Below are positions 63,539 to 64,000 of a stretch of DNA of 64,000 nt, in pieces. The position numbers and the translations under genes were made by a program. The notes under the pieces were generated by a model. It saw nothing but the letters and a program-made list of their open reading frames with translations, searched no databases and was not told the DNA's origin. Numbering within the stretch: position 1 is the stretch's first letter; every line of letters starts with the position of its first letter. This DNA is from Eledone cirrhosa. Taxonomy: Eukaryota. The stretch spans positions 2,232,001 to 2,296,000 of the forward strand of contig OZ024758.1 in NCBI GenBank assembly GCA_964016885.1, in the 5' to 3' direction.

Positions 63539-64000
63539 CACACACCCACACATATACAAAGAGGGTGTGGTAAGATGGATCATATAAAATATAGCTTTTC
63601 ATCCATCTCTACTTCCTATCTGGCAGTAATGTACTAATATTTATGAAATGTCCTCTCTTCCCTCTCTACCAACGTGATGGTTAGAAATCAATATTATTGC
63701 TATCCAGACCAACAAAAGATGCCATTTAATGTACTGGCCATACCACTTTAATTGCGATACACAAACCTACCTTTCCATCCTTAATACTCATCAATCCTCT
63801 AGATTTTTTTATGCCTATTATATTCTACATTTAATTGAGGTTTAAAGAATGCCATATTCTATGAAATCTTTTCTATAGAATCTCTCTAATACTGTATATC
63901 TATTTTCACTTTAGTCTGGTTAATTGCTGCATTATATCACAGTACTCTAACTTTCTAGTCTAGCTATTTATTTCAAACTAACACATACATATATACACAC

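Overview
Eukaryotic, AT-rich, repeat-dense genomic DNA. The repeat content (tRNA-derived SINEs, RTE-clade LINE ends with (GAT)n tails, many CA/TA microsatellites) resembles an octopod cephalopod; this is an inference from pattern recall and was not checked by search. There is no intact long gene. Most entries in the ORF track come from microsatellites or minisatellites, or are decayed retroelement fragments. The window looks like intronic sequence of a large + strand gene, with two short, well-delimited candidate exons (8046-8099 and 35679-35738). It contains: (i) about 15 copies of a ~200-bp TTAA-flanked piggyBac-type MITE, several with an internal 60-72-bp tandem array (up to 1.3 kb, with a 487-bp higher-order repeat); (ii) two SINE families and several RTE LINE families, one of them Expander/Rex3-like; (iii) decayed mariner and hAT elements, one hAT-like shell holding a two-variant 14-bp satellite with a 22-unit higher-order period; (iv) a small repeat family with a hammerhead-ribozyme-like core (7846-7904, 12819-12877) and three long fold-back palindromes whose centres lie at or next to hammerhead-core motifs, which suggests Penelope-like or retrozyme-type elements. 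Coordinates were read by eye; the ends of decayed repeats are approximate.
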